Shown here in pieces: positions 25,331-37,791 of a DNA stretch of 64,000 nt (its first letter is position 1; every line of letters begins with the position of its first letter). The notes below the pieces were generated by a model. It was not told where the DNA came from and did not search any database. It worked only from the letters and a program-made list of their open reading frames with translations. The translations under genes were made by a program, and so were the position numbers. The DNA is from Sphaerodactylus townsendi. Its lineage: Eukaryota. The DNA is taken from positions 65,224,001 to 65,288,000 of the forward strand of contig NC_059425.1 in the NCBI RefSeq assembly GCF_021028975.2, written 5' to 3'.

Positions 25331-26028
25331 TCTCGATGCTGAAATCCAAACAAAAATCACTTCTTGTTTGCTGTGTTCACCCCTTATATTCTGAAATCAG
25401 ATGTCAGTTCTGAAATGTGCTGCTAATACAATGTTGTATTGCATTTTTAGCTTTTGTAGCTGCAGAGAAAATCTCTGAAGTGTGACCATATTCTTATGGA
25501 TCAGCAATGAAAAGATTAATGAAATAAATCCTAAAACCATTACTTCAGTCAGTACACATGTTCTTAGAAGTCATGCAAGGGGTATTTAATTTGAGTACAC
25601 TTGGAATTAATACAGCTATATAGACCTTCTGGAACACTGGCATGTATGTTTAAATGAAACTCACCAAAGGCTCTCTTTCCCCTTTCAATGAAAAAAAAAA
25701 GTCTAAAAGGAGGAAAAGGAAGGGCAATCATAGGCCAGACTCTGACTAATGGAACAATAATTTCTGTGACGATGTTATACACATGACTTAGCCGGCTTTC
25801 CCTTGTCACACTGCACTCTTTACTCACTAAGAGCCAGATTCTTCACACAAACTGACCTACCAGTTTGGTTTTATTAGCAAATTCCTCTGACTTCATGTAA
25901 TTGAGGTGTGGATTAGGTTTGGGGTTAGTAGTACACGTGCATTCACTCAACGTGATCTCAATAGCACATGCTGGGCAGCCTTTGGAAATTCAGGTGAAAT
26001 GGACTACTTGTGAAACTTAGAATTTTCT

Positions 26029-26110
26029 GGTTCTGGAGGGTTTTCCAGGCTGTGTGGCCGTGGTCTGGTGGATTTTGTTCCTAACGTTTCACCTGCATTT
26101 GTGGCTGGAA
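26029..26110 (-). mobile_element. Short Penelope terminal fragment
   Basis: Similar to the 40513 copy; 12-bp TSD TTAGAATTTTCT (26017-26028 and 26111-26122). Confidence 0.8.
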
Positions 26111-26213
26111 TTAGAATTTTCTACTGAGCAACGTTATTGTTTTAATTGAAACATTCTCTGGATATTTTTTTCTCTCAGTGATCATACAGTTGATTCAAAG
26201 GATCCATTTAGAG

Positions 26214-26434
26214 TAGGGTTGTCCACTCTAGATTGGAAAATTCCGGAAGATTTGGAGGAAGGCCCTGGGGAGGGTGGAATTTAGGAAGGGGCAGGGAGGG
26301 GAGGGAACTCTGCTGGGATGCGATGCCACAGAGCCTACCCTGCTATTTTCTCCAGGGGAGCTAATCTTTATAGTCTGGAAATCTTTTATAATTCTGGGAG
26401 AACTCCAGGACTCACTTGAAGGTTGCCAGCTCTA
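26214..26434. mobile_element. hAT MITE with TAGGGTTGCCA-type termini
   Basis: 8-bp TSD ATTTAGAG; same family as 30860 and 48529. Confidence 0.85.
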
Positions 26435-27369
26435 ATTTAGAGAGGTTGTAGGACTCCAGGACATTTAGTATTTTGGCCCACATGTGATCATATTCTTCAG
26501 CATCATCTACATTTCTGGATCACTAAGTTATTTTACACACTGGCCATTATTATAACTTCAGGAGGTCTGCAACACATAAACTGAATAGCGACTGTGACTG
26601 GCAGGTAGGACAACATATAATGGTTGCTTGAAACCAAGCAGATCATATCTAAATGGGAGACCTCATTTTCATTGCCTTTGAGTTCCATGATGGAAGAAAA
26701 TATAAGAAACAAAGGGACAAATCCCTCTTGCCTTTAATGGTAACCATTCCTTTTTGCAACCTGACCTTGATTACCGGTATAGCCAAGAATAAGTCTGCGC
26801 ATTTTGTTACTTTGTTACTTGCACTGCTATGCAATTTCTAATTAGACCTTGAGCTGGCTTTTGTAAAGGATTAGACAAATTAATTGAAGATAGGTTTTTT
26901 AAATCAGCCATGACAGCTAAAAAACCCCTCCACATTCAAAGCTTTAAACACCAGATGTGGTAAAGGACGACTCCAACCTCAAATGAAGGAAAGGTGTCTT
27001 TTAGATTTTCCCATGCACTATTTTTATAATCTGAAATGTCTCAAGACAGCCGCTATTTGTTGTCTCATTGGGTCAATAATTCAGGAGTCTGCATCTTGGC
27101 ATCTCAGAGAGTGTGGGAGCCACAAGTCTGGTTGCAGCTGGTCTGGCAATACCTCTGCCGCACAAGTCCGCAGCACAGTTTCACTGCCATTTCAGCACCA
27201 CGGAACAGATGCTATGAAGATACAGTGAATGTATCTGCCCTAAGTGCCTTCACATAGGAAGGTGATATACTAAATTAGGGACAATGTATGGACTGACAAC
27301 TTCAATCTGAAGAAAAATATCCGCTACAATGTAGACAAAGGTATGCAAGAACACTTTTTGTCTGATCAC

Positions 27370-27805
27370 ATAATGATTAGGACTTCCTCCTTCTCTGTAA
27401 ACCTACCTGACCAGTCATCTTCAAAGGCTCTGTTTTGGGAGCCTCTGCCATCTGCAGCTAGGTGGATTGCAACCTAGGAAAGGGCCTTCTCAACTGTGAT
27501 TCCAAAACTCTGGAACATTCTTCTCAGGGACATTTGTCCATCTCTATCTACTATTGTCTTCTGTCAGCAAGTGTAGATTTTTGGTTTGGTTTGGTTTTGT
27601 GTTCCCTCACTAACTCCCTCATTAACCTTTGTTGATGAGAAGGCATGTGTTTGTGTATCACTGTGTTTATGTGTTTTGTTAAATTGTGTATGTGTTTGTG
27701 TAATTGTTTTAAACACACTTTTAATGTTTTGATTGTTTGCCATCTTGGGAGCCCTGGTTTGGAAGGAAAGGTAGTATACAAGTGTTTTTTTAAAAAAATA
27801 AACAA
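27370..27805 (+). mobile_element. Old L2 3' fragment (ends approximate)
   Basis: agggccttctcaactgtgattccaaaactctggaac...gccatcttgggagcc...gtagtatacaag...aaataaac. Confidence 0.6.
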
Positions 27806-27853
27806 AACAATTGATATTGCTGAATTTTTTTTGGTGTGAAATTTGAAATTATG

Positions 27854-28086
27854 GCTTGCATCCTATGACAATGTTCCCGCCGGGCTCTTTCTGTGGAGGC
27901 TTTCCTCTGCTGCAGCGCTCTCTTCCTCTGTTGCTAGTACTTCTGCCTGCATAAGGCCTTCTTGAGAAACACGGATCTTCCACACACAGAAGTACTAGCA
28001 GCAGATGAAGTGAGCCTGGCAGTGGAGGAAAGTCAACAGCTGCCAGAGAGAAGTGTGAGCGGGAACAATGGCATAAGATCCAAGCC
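27854..28086. mobile_element. Foldback MITE just upstream of the first coding exon
   Basis: TIRs GGCTTGCATCCTATGACAATGTTCCCGC / GCGGGAACAATGGCATAAGATCCAAGCC. Confidence 0.7.
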
Positions 28087-28323
28087 TTTTTATCTAGGGC
28101 AAGTTCTTCCCTTCTTTAACCATTTGTAGCTTTTTGGGGGGCATCTCTTAAGTTCTAAGACTAAACAAAGGTGTATTGGTTCATGCTTTCCAATTATTTT
28201 TGGCAGGTTTTAACTGTTCAGATGAAGTCCTGACCCTTCATGAGAGAGTAGAGACAAATATCAAAATCTCTGCCATCTCTGGAGTAGTCTTAGTTGGGAA
28301 TTTCCTCCCACAACAATACAACC

Positions 28324-28563
28324 ATGCCCTTTCTGGAGTGGGTTGCGCGGCGGATCAAGAAACAACCACGGCCCTCACGCAGAAAGAGAATCATTCAAAA
28401 GTTAAGTAGTCTTCACCAACAGGACTACCAGACTTTGCTTGAGGAATGTTTGAAGAAAAATCGTCTCTTTGAGGATGAGAACTTCCCAGCTGATATCAAG
28501 TCCATTGGAACAGGGCCGCTCCTTCAAAAACTCCCGCAGAAACTGCAGTGGAAGAGGCCACAT
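28324..28563 (+). CDS. CAPN14: CAPN14 coding exon 1 (MPFLEW...LQWKRPH, 80 aa)
   Basis: accATG start; QQDYQTLLEECLKKNRLFEDENFP; donor CAT|gtaagt; likely acceptor ggcag| at 28206. Confidence 0.92.
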
Positions 28564-29543
28564 GTAAGTGATGGGATTTTATGGGAAGGCATTAAAGACT
28601 GACATACCAAAAAGATTTTTTTGCTTCACAGGCTCAAAGTCCAACGAAATGTGACAGCAAATTTGTGGCTGTTGTGACTTTGCCATCACTATTTTGCAGT
28701 AATTTTGAAATACTATGAGGCCTGTCAGATTGGGACCTCACAGCATTTTATAATCATTGTAAAATGCCAGCAGCAAACACGTGGCCACCATGGATTTCCT
28801 GTCATGTTTAGTTGAGTTCTCCAAAGACTCTTCCACACACAAGGGTTGTGAATGTCAGATTTTCTGAATCATGGTGACACCTGAAACCGGGAAAGCACAC
28901 AGGACAGATCACCATATGGTTTGTTGCGAATTCAACTACAACAGTATAGGTGACACAGTCCATATTTGGCAACTGCAGTACTAAATCCCTGCACAGTGTG
29001 GTGTTTCCTGCTAAAAGTACCTTGCACATTGTTTTCTTGGGGGAAACAGCTGCCAAAACCACTGCACATGAATCACATGATTGTTGCCCATGACTCACTT
29101 GATTTTCAGCAACTTTGAGCCACAAAGCAAGGCAGTAGATATAGAAATAAACAGGATATAGATATAGGAAGAGCAGGAGGTAGTAGAAGTATGGAAGGAC
29201 AGATGCTACTCAGTTGCAATAGACTCCACCAGCATAACCCCTCTTCAGGGGGAGAAAAGGCAGAATAGAAGTGGTCAAATAAAAAGGAGTAGAATAGGTG
29301 GGATGGAAAGAAAGAGCAGTGATGTGATTTGAATTATTTAAGTGTTGAATTGTAAGATTGCATATTTTCTTATGATTTCACATTGTAAGCAGCTGTGCAT
29401 GCTGTAAGAGCACAACATAGAGCAGTGTAAAAGTTTCAGGTTACAATTCTAAGTGTGAATAGGAGGCCCAGTTTTATCATATTTTGTGTGTGGAAACATC
29501 ACAAAGCAGAGAGTCATGCAGAGTTAGCACTGAGTGACCTGGG

Positions 29544-30031
29544 CAGAGATGAACTGCCCACGGGAACGGGTGTGTATGTCAAATGACAGGGAGGGGCATG
29601 CTGACCCAGCTGGGAAGAGCTGAGTTGGCATGGGGGAGGCACCTAAAGACAGAGCTGGCCTGCTGCTAGGAGCTGGCCTGCTGCCGTGGTGTCTGTCTGA
29701 GCCGCCTCCTTCCCTCCCCAGGCCCTCGGGGGTGGGGCAGCTTGGACAGGCACTGCAGTGACAGGATGGCTCCTGGGCCTGCCATGGCACTCTGCCCCAT
29801 CTCCCTACAGGCTGGTTTCTGACCTGGGAGGGCAGGAGGTGGCCTGCAGGGGGACCCAGGGGGGCAGCGATTCAGATGGGTGCCATGGCAGCAAGCTGCC
29901 CAGGAGCCAGCCTGCCACTGTGGTGCCCATCCAACCTGCCCATGCCCCTGAGCCCTGAGTGCGAGGTGTGTGGGGGGGACGCATGGAGCAGGTGTTGTCC
30001 CCGGACACCATTTCCCCCTGATACGCCTCCG
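29544..30031. mobile_element. GC-rich non-autonomous hAT element
   Basis: Near-TSD GACCTGGG / AACCTGGG; right end ccatttccccctgatacgcctccg resembles the end at 56217. Confidence 0.6.
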
Positions 30032-30206
30032 AACCTGGGTTATATTTTGAAGTCAAAGCAATTGCTTATGCTGTCATAAAATGTGCCATAGGGCATTTCT
30101 CAAAAATAATTTCATAGGCTTTGTTCATGCCTTGTAGCCTAGAGTGTAAAACTTTGTGGTGTAGTATTTTAAGACTGTCATTTTATTTTGTTTTTTGTAA
30201 TTCCAG

Positions 30207-30276
30207 GAACTTCACAAGACTCCAGTATTTTTTGATGCAAACACAAAACACCTTGCTCTGTGTCAAGGATTGATAG
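30207..30276 (+). CDS. CAPN14: CAPN14 coding exon 2 (ELHKTPVFFDANTKHLALCQGLIG, 70 nt)
   Basis: Polypyrimidine tract, ttccag| acceptor, TAG|gtaagg donor; CQG oxyanion-hole Gln. Confidence 0.93.
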
Positions 30277-30859
30277 GTAAGGGATTCCCGCCCTGTGAGA
30301 TATATGCCATGTCTTAGCCTGGATCCTACCATATTTCTAGCTATTGAAAACTTCCTGCTCGAATGGCCTGGGAAAGTTTGCTTCTGCTAGTCACTGTTAT
30401 CTGTTGCAGCTGCAGGGGGATGGAATGAAACCCATTAGGTTCTCAACTGCTCTCCTTAGTTGTTATCACTGTCTGAGGAATGTGTGTATGTGTATGCATA
30501 TGACTGTATTCCCTCTTACCTCCTCCCTCTTCCCTCTAGGAATGTGTGTGGGTCTTCTCACCTTTGGATATATGTGTCTCTGCTAGGGGAATATAATCTT
30601 TTGCCTGTCGCCTTGTATTCAGTTCAAACAATATACTAGTCATCAACTTCCTATGCTTGTCATCAATACATGAGAATTCTGCTGCTAAAGTATTGATTCC
30701 TGTCACTGAGCAAGTCTAGGGTTATGACAGTATATGATATCAAACAACTGAAATATGTTATCTAAATGGTATTGCCAGCAACAAGGATCATTCTAAGTTT
30801 TAGGGCAAGTTGCCAGTCCTGCTGTCTTAGATGTCAGGGACTGAGCCTTGGACTTCTGC

Positions 30860-31053
30860 TAGGGTTGCTGATTCTAGGATCAGAAATTCCTGGAGATTTG
30901 GGTGTGCATCCTAGGGAGGAGAAGGTTCCGGGCATAGTCTAATGTTCACAATCCAAAGCAGCCATTTTCTCCAGGGGAACTCATCTGTGTAGTCTGGTAA
31001 TCAGTTGTAGTTCTGGGAAATATTCAGGCCCCACCTGGAAGTTGGCAACCTTA
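30860..31053. mobile_element. hAT MITE with TAGGGTTGC termini
   Basis: Exact 8-bp TSD ACTTCTGC. Confidence 0.88.
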
Positions 31054-31257
31054 ACTTCTGCATACAAATCTGTCTCACCAAGCAGCTGCCCATCAGGGCA
31101 TGGATAGATGAACCAACCAATAGCTTGGTTCCGTATCAGGCAGCTTCAGAAGTGTGAATCCTTTGTACAGAGATTCTGTTTGGATTCACGGCTAGTAGCT
31201 CTTGATATTCATGAATCTGGATATCATCAAAAAAAGCCCCTCTAACTTGGTAGCAAT

Positions 31258-34200
31258 TGTAACGAACTTGCCCCACCCTGAAGGGCTGGCGTACAGCAGG
31301 CCAAAGGGAGAAGGCCTTAGCAACAGCCAGAAAAAGAAAAAAAAGGCTCCACAAGGAGAGAACCGACCTGATTGGCTGAAAAAGGTCCAGTAACGTTTGG
31401 CAAGAGCTAGGGGGAGCCAGTGGGCTTACAGCACTGAGAGGAGAGTTGAGGGCTGATAGGAGTCGGTCAGAGAGAGCAGAGCAGAGTCTGGCAGAGAGGA
31501 GTTCCTGTCAGCTCTGGAAGAAAAGAGATTCTGTCTCAGCAGAGTTGGCTGACAGGAGTCCAGTCCCTGTGTACACGGTGTCTGCTGGACAGAGAGAGGA
31601 GGCCCTGAGTGGGTGCAGCTTGATGTGCCCTGCAGGAGCCTGGCGGTGTTAAAACTGCCCAGACCTTATCTAGTCTGCTCTTACTCCCGTGTGTGGAATC
31701 ACCAGAATCACCAGTCTGGGAGAAACCAGTCCAGAGGCAGTGAAGCCATTATTAGGACCTCGAGTGGGAGAGAGGGAGGCCACGTGTGCCAGAACCTCCT
31801 GGGCTTGGACTGTGTGCTTGGGTGTGAGAAGTGGGTATTGGAGCAGTGTGGAATAGTGTCTGTGTGCGTGAGGGAAGTTATTAGTTAAAAGGTAAATCTT
31901 CCGTTAAGAGACATCTGCGTGTGTCGGTGTGCATATGAATCTGGAAGTAACCCCATCTTAAGGACAAACTTATTCTAGAAACCAACAAGTAAGTTAAACC
32001 TCTCAAAGTTACCGGAGAAAGCCTCTGTTAAACCGCTAAATAAAAGTTTCTTTTCAGCTTTTGTTCACCTTTTAAAACCTTTCCAGTCATTAGTAATTTT
32101 TTGTCTGTGTGTCTGTGTTCCCATAGGGAAAGTGGTGTCTGGGGTGGAAAATCCAGTATTAGAGTGGGCTATAGAGGAAAAATATTATTGGTGGCAGCGT
32201 TTTTGAGAAAGCAGAACTCTATATATAGAAAGTGGCTTTCGTTACATTTTAGCTGACAGGCGGCGGGATCCGGCGGTAATATTCTAGATCCAGTTACTAA
32301 CAGCGCGGAGGAAAGCCCATTTCATTTTGTTTTATTTTGTTTTTCTGATTTGTGAGGTAAAACTGTGAAATTTTCTCCTCACAAATGGCACCACCTAAGA
32401 CACAAAAGACAGCTGGTGAGGGAAAAGCCCCAGAGACAGGTGATATTGAAACACCCAAAGAAAGATCCCTTTCAGTGATTGGGATGAGCATGGAAACTGA
32501 AGCTGGCCAGTATAGATGCTGGGATTGAGAAAGCTAAGATGGCTTCTGGAGTTGGTAAAAAGCAAAATTAGAGGCTAAGAGTGATGGCTGAAATGAAATG
32601 CTTGAAGGTAGAAATTGAAATAGTTAAGCTACGGGCTGAAAGTGGCCAGAAAAGGTGCTGAGAGAGTTTCAAAAATGGCTGGCGGAAATGGAGTGGAAGG
32701 GCAAACATGGAGCCGATAAAGGAAGGGACATGTTTGATTTGAAAGAGGTGTAGAGGGAAATGAAGCTCAGAGCAGAGCTGCCCATCCCCCACACTGTTGT
32801 GGAATTTCCCTCAGCGAAAGATGAGAAAATGGAAACAGTTTCCTAGGGTTGGCCAAAGTGTAATTCGGATGAACTGAGGGAAATCTTTTTCCCAAATGCT
32901 GATGGGGAAACCCTCAGAATGGCACCCAGTGAAGATGCAGTTGGAAAGTGACATAGCGCCAACCCTGCAAAGGTGATGCACTTACCAGCGTTAACGAAGT
33001 CCAGGAGAGCAGCAGAAAACTCCTTAGCAGCCTGGACTTTGTGGAACCAGAAGACTGGAGTCTGGGCAGCAGTTCCAGAAGAGTTGCAGATGGATAAAGG
33101 TGTTCATGCATGACTGGTGCCAAAGAAAGACCAGAGGCAGGATTGAGTTCCTGAAAAAGAACTGAAGGAGACAGCTGAGCTTGCTGAATCTCCCAAAGCT
33201 ACCAAAAGGTGGTTCCGAGTTCAGTGCCAGGCAGTTCCAGAGGTGGAGGCGAAGTCCAGTTGCCAGCAGCCCTCCCAGCGTGCCCAGCAACCGTGCAGCT
33301 GAGACGATGTTCCCTCTTGCGGAAGGCGGTACCGGAAGAAAGATGTTGAGATGGTCTCCTGTGAGAGGAAAGGAGGCGAGGAGGCGACTGCCGATGTCCA
33401 CCTAACCAACTGCTTGCACGAGGTTTCCAGTTCCGCAGAGGCGGATCCAGTATCCAACAAGAGCGGGACATTGTTGTGCAGGACTTGTGGCGAGGACCCA
33501 GTGCAGGTCATGGCAGGAAACACCTGCAAACATGAACTGAAAGTAGCAGTCAGCCGCCAGACCTCAACAGGAAGCGCCTTCTAGCGAGCCAACGCATGAG
33601 GGACTGTTGTGAAAGCCCAACATTGCAGCCTGCCCAGCAGAAGACCGAAGCTGAAGTTTGGCATACCAGACCTGCAAAAGAGGAAACTTGAGGGGACCGG
33701 GGGAGGTCAATCTGGTATAAAAAATAGAAAAGGGTCTGATATGTATTTTTTTTTTTTTGATGTAGGTAGCACTTCACAAAGTACTGAGTTTAAAAATATG
33801 CTTGTTGAAATGTAATGTGGATTACTGCAATGTTATTGATACTTATTAGGAATTCATGAGGTAAAGTTTAACATGAGTAAGAATGTTTATAAAGTAAAAT
33901 GAACTTTAAAAGGTAAAACTTAAATGCATTTGAAAATGTGAAATTTTTTTTGACAACTGTTTAGTTTTGGGATTAACGTGTGTAAAGCTTTATTTTACAC
34001 ACAGTTTGCTTTTGCAATGAGGGCTTGTAGCCCTGCGTAGTCCCAGTAATGTTTTAGGGAAAGGGGACATATGTAACGAACTTGTCCCACCCTGAAGGGC
34101 TACGAAGTACAGCAGGCCAAAGGGAGAAGGCCTTAGCAACAATGTTTCAGAAAAAAAAAAAAAAAAAAAAAAGGTCTCCACAAAGGGAGAGAAACCCGAG

Positions 34201-35091
34201 CCTGATTGGCTATTGAAAAAAGGTCCAGTAACGTTTGGCAAAGCAGCTAGAGAGGAGCCAGTGGGCTTACACAGCACTGAGTAGGAGAGTTGAGGGGCTG
34301 ATAGAGTCGTGGGTCAGAGAGCAGAGCAGAGTTCCTGGCAGAGAGGAGTCTGTCAGCTCTGGAAGAAAAGGATTCTGGTCTCTCAGCAGAGTTGGCCCTG
34401 ACTGAAGTCCAAGTCCCTGTCCTAAGCGGTGTATGCTTGGAGCAGAGAGAGAGAGGCCCCTGATCATGGGTGCAGATTGAAGTGCCCAGCTTCAAGGAGC
34501 CTGGCGGTTTTAAAACACTTGCCCAGAATTCTATCCCTAGTCTGCCTTGCCCTGTGTGAATCAAACCAGAATCACCAGTCTGGGAGAGAAGCTTTTGTCC
34601 CAAAGAGGCAGTGAAGCCATATTAGGACCTTGAGTGGGAGAGAGGGAGTTGCCAAAGTGTGCCAGAAATCTCCACATGGGCTTGGACTGTGTGCTTGGGT
34701 GTGATCAGTGGGTATTGGAGCAGTGAGGAATAGTGTCTGTGTGCGTAAGGGAATTTATTAGTTCAAAGCTAAATCTTCCCTTAAGAGACACCTGCGTGTG
34801 TCGGTGTGCATATGAATCTGAAGTAACATCTTAAGACAAACTTATTCTGAAACCAACAAGTGTTAAACCTCTCAAAGTTACCGGAGAAGCCTCTGTTAAA
34901 CCGCAAATAAAAGTTTTCAGTTTTGTTCACCTTTTAAAACCTTTCCAGTCATTAGTATTTTTGTCTGTGTGTCTGTGTTCCCCGCAAAGGGTGGTGTCTG
35001 GGGAAAATCAGTATTGAGTGGGCTATAGAGGAAAAATATTATTGGTGGCAGCGCAGAAAGCAGAACTTATATATAAGTTGCTTTCGTTACA
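31258..35091 (+). mobile_element. Non-autonomous LTR retrotransposon (Gypsy-like): LTRs 31258-32246 and 34072-35091, 1.8-kb internal region without pol
   Basis: Two LTRs of about 1 kb bounded by TGTAACGAA...TTCGTTACA; 5-bp TSD GCAAT; degenerate tRNA-Leu-like PBS (32250-32269); PPT AGGGAAAGGGGA (34056-34067); frameshifted gag-like coiled-coil region from ATG 32385. Confidence 0.92.
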
Positions 35092-35466
35092 GCAATCATC
35101 ACTTTCTTTAGAATCAGCTTTCTCCGCTATGGCCCGTTTGTTATTCTACAGAGTGATGATGGTTTTTTTAAGCCTCAAAGGCACCAAGCCAAATATTGAA
35201 ATATTGAAACTATCTGGACAGAAACTAGCTAAGCACAGTGAAGTTTGAAAATATACAGATATAGTAGATAATTGTATTGAAAGCTAATTTCAAAAAGCAT
35301 CATTTCATAAAAGATCTACTTTTCCATCTCATTTTAATTCCAATAAAGATATTGCAGAATAGATTTTAGATTCAACTTTCCCTAAATTATTTAATTCCAT
35401 GCTAGTGGTAATAATTCATAAATGTCTATATTGTCTTCTCTTTTGTCTATTTTTTTCTTGGTATAG

Positions 35467-35588
35467 GAGATTGCTGGTTTTTGGCTGCCTTGGAAGCTCT
35501 GACTTTTCATCAAGATATCTTGTCTCGGGTAGTGCAAGAGAACCAGAGCTTCGAGAGGAAGAAGTATGCTGGAATATTCCATTTCAAG
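35467..35588 (+). CDS. CAPN14: CAPN14 coding exon 3 with catalytic Cys (TGC 35472-35474): [23 protein letters not shown]...YAGIFHFK
   Basis: tatag| acceptor, AAG|gtgggc donor, 122 nt, phase 1 to 0. Confidence 0.95.
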
Positions 35589-35933
35589 GTGGGCAACAGT
35601 CCCCTAAAAATGGCCTAATCCATAGGTCCCCAATCTTTTTGAGCCTGTGGGAACTTTTGAGTGTGAAACAATGTGGTGAGCGCAATTACTGGAAATTGTT
35701 GAGCTCATTCAAGGTACTTGTGGTTGCTTTTTAATTCCTGTCTTTCTTGGAGCAACCCTTCTGCACCTGCTCTCCTTGTCTGAGGTCTCCCAAATCATTT
35801 CTATCCTCAGACCTCTGCTCCCCACCATCTGATGCTCACTGTCCCTGCCTGGGGTCTCCTGACCCCTGTCAATTCTTCCCTCCAGCCTCCATCTGCTTCC
35901 CACTGTCCTGCACTCACTCTCCCTACCCAACAG

Positions 35934-36927
35934 CAAGGACGTAGGTAAGGGGGGGTTCTCGGGTTCAACCCCCCCATTACATGTCTGAAACTCCGCCCCC
36001 CCGTTTGTGTGTTTTTTGTATTTTTAAGTGTTTTTTTATTTTTGGCCGGCAGGGGGTGAAGTTTTTAAGTTAGCAGCACCAACATTTCAGGGATTTGCTG
36101 GGAGGCTCTCCTAATGATACCACCCAGGTTTGGTGAGGTTTGGTTCAGGGGGTCCAAAGTTATGGACTTCCAAAAGGGGTGCCCCCATCCCCCATTGTTT
36201 CAAATGGAAGCTAATAAGAGATGGGGCTACACATTTGAGGGTCCATAACTTTGGCCCCCTGAACCAAACTTATCCAAACCTGGGTGGTATCATTAGGAGA
36301 GTCTCCTAAAGATACCCTGAAGGTTTGATGCTGCTAGCTTTACAATTGCATCCCTGACAGCAGGCACACCCCAAATTCCCCCAGATTCTCTTTTTAAATC
36401 CACCCCCTTCGGCATGGATTTAAACGGAGAATCTGAGGACCCCAGTTTAAATATTGAAAGTGATGCTGCTTAAGGGTGGGGGATAATCCACCCCCAAACA
36501 GCATCACTTTCAATGTTGTTTTAACTGGGGGCCCCAGATTTGCCCTTTAAAGTGAATTTAAAAGGAGAATCTGGACTCCCTAGTTGAAACACCATTGAAA
36601 GTGATGCTGTTTGGGGGTGGATTCCAGCATCACAGCAGCCGCCCATGGGGGGGGGGAGGGGCGCAATACTCAGATTTTGCACCGGGCTCCATTTTCCCTA
36701 GTTGCACCTCTGCCCGGAGGAAGGGACTGCCGGCTGGGAGCCCAGCCGGTGGGGGGGCAGGGCGGGCGGGGCAGGGGAATCTGCCATCCCTGGCCTCTGA
36801 GAGCTGCTTTTATAAGTACTGAGGCTGGGGTGGGGTTTGGGGAGGCGTGGCCATGCCCCCCAGGGCTGGGTGGAGCATGGCCATGCCCCTGAACACCCCC
36901 ATTAAAAAATCTATACCTACGTCCCTG
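35934..36927. mobile_element. Composite non-autonomous hAT element
   Basis: TIRs CAAGGACGTAGGTA / TACCTACGTCCCTG; exact 8-bp TSD CCCAACAG. Confidence 0.9.
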
Positions 36928-37074
36928 CCCAACAGTCTTGTCTATGCAGTAGATTGGTACAGCTCTTTCCCAGGGCAGATGTGGTGCCTGGATGCGGAGC
37001 TGCCCATTGCTGGCCAGGGCACTGGCCAGGGCACCCAGGTTGGCATCTTGTGTTGGAGACTCCTGGCCTTATCA

Positions 37075-37300
37075 GAAGAAGAAAAAGAATTTGGATCTAT
37101 TCACCATTTTTCTCAACTGTAAGGAGTCTCAAAGTGGCTTACAAACTCCTCTCCTTACCACAGACACCTTGTAAGGTAGGAGGGGCTGAGAGAATTCTGA
37201 GAGAACTGTGACTAGCCCAAGGTCACCAAGCAGGCTTCATGTGTAGGAAACAAATCTGGTTCACCAGAGTTCACTGCTCTTAATTACTACACCACTTTGC
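37075..37300 (-). mobile_element. Squam3-like SINE
   Basis: (AGA)n tail followed by the family body. Confidence 0.8.
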
Positions 37301-37429
37301 TTCCTGTATCACTATATCCAATAGTAAAGTGCCGGTTAGGGATATCTTCTTAGGAAACATCCTGGTGTGCATAAAAATATTGCTTCATAAATTAAGCAAA
37401 AGAATTGTCTGTTAAATGCCATCAATAAC

Positions 37430-37790
37430 CATAACACTCTCCTTAACACCACATTTCAAAGTAGTCCATTCTATTCCTGTCAGCTTTCTTCATTGTCCAA
37501 CTTTACACCCATAGTAATAGGAAATCCTATGGCATGAATTAACTTGGTTGCTAGTGACACGTTCTTACACTTAAAAATATTTAATAGCTTCTTCATGGCT
37601 GCCCTTCCTTGTCTCAATCTCCTTCTGATTTCTTAGTTGCAATCTTCTTTTTGGTTGGTGATGAAGCCAAAACAATTGGAACCATTTCAGTTTCCTCAGT
37701 GTCCATCCTAAAGATTAGTAATTCTCCACTAGTCATTAATTTTGTCTTCTTGATGTTCAGCTGCCATCCTGTTTTGACACTTTCTCCAAT
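37430..37790 (-). mobile_element. RTE/Bov-B-like LINE RT fragment
   Basis: The minus strand gives LNIKKTKLM..., EIRRRLRLGR.AM-like and FE.WC.RR.L-like RTE motifs. Confidence 0.7.
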
Positions 37791-37791
37791 G

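Noticed and set aside
33460-33530. Gag zinc knuckle (CRTCGED...)
   Set aside because: CX2C is present, but the His and Cys needed for CX2CX4HX4C are missing in this frame.
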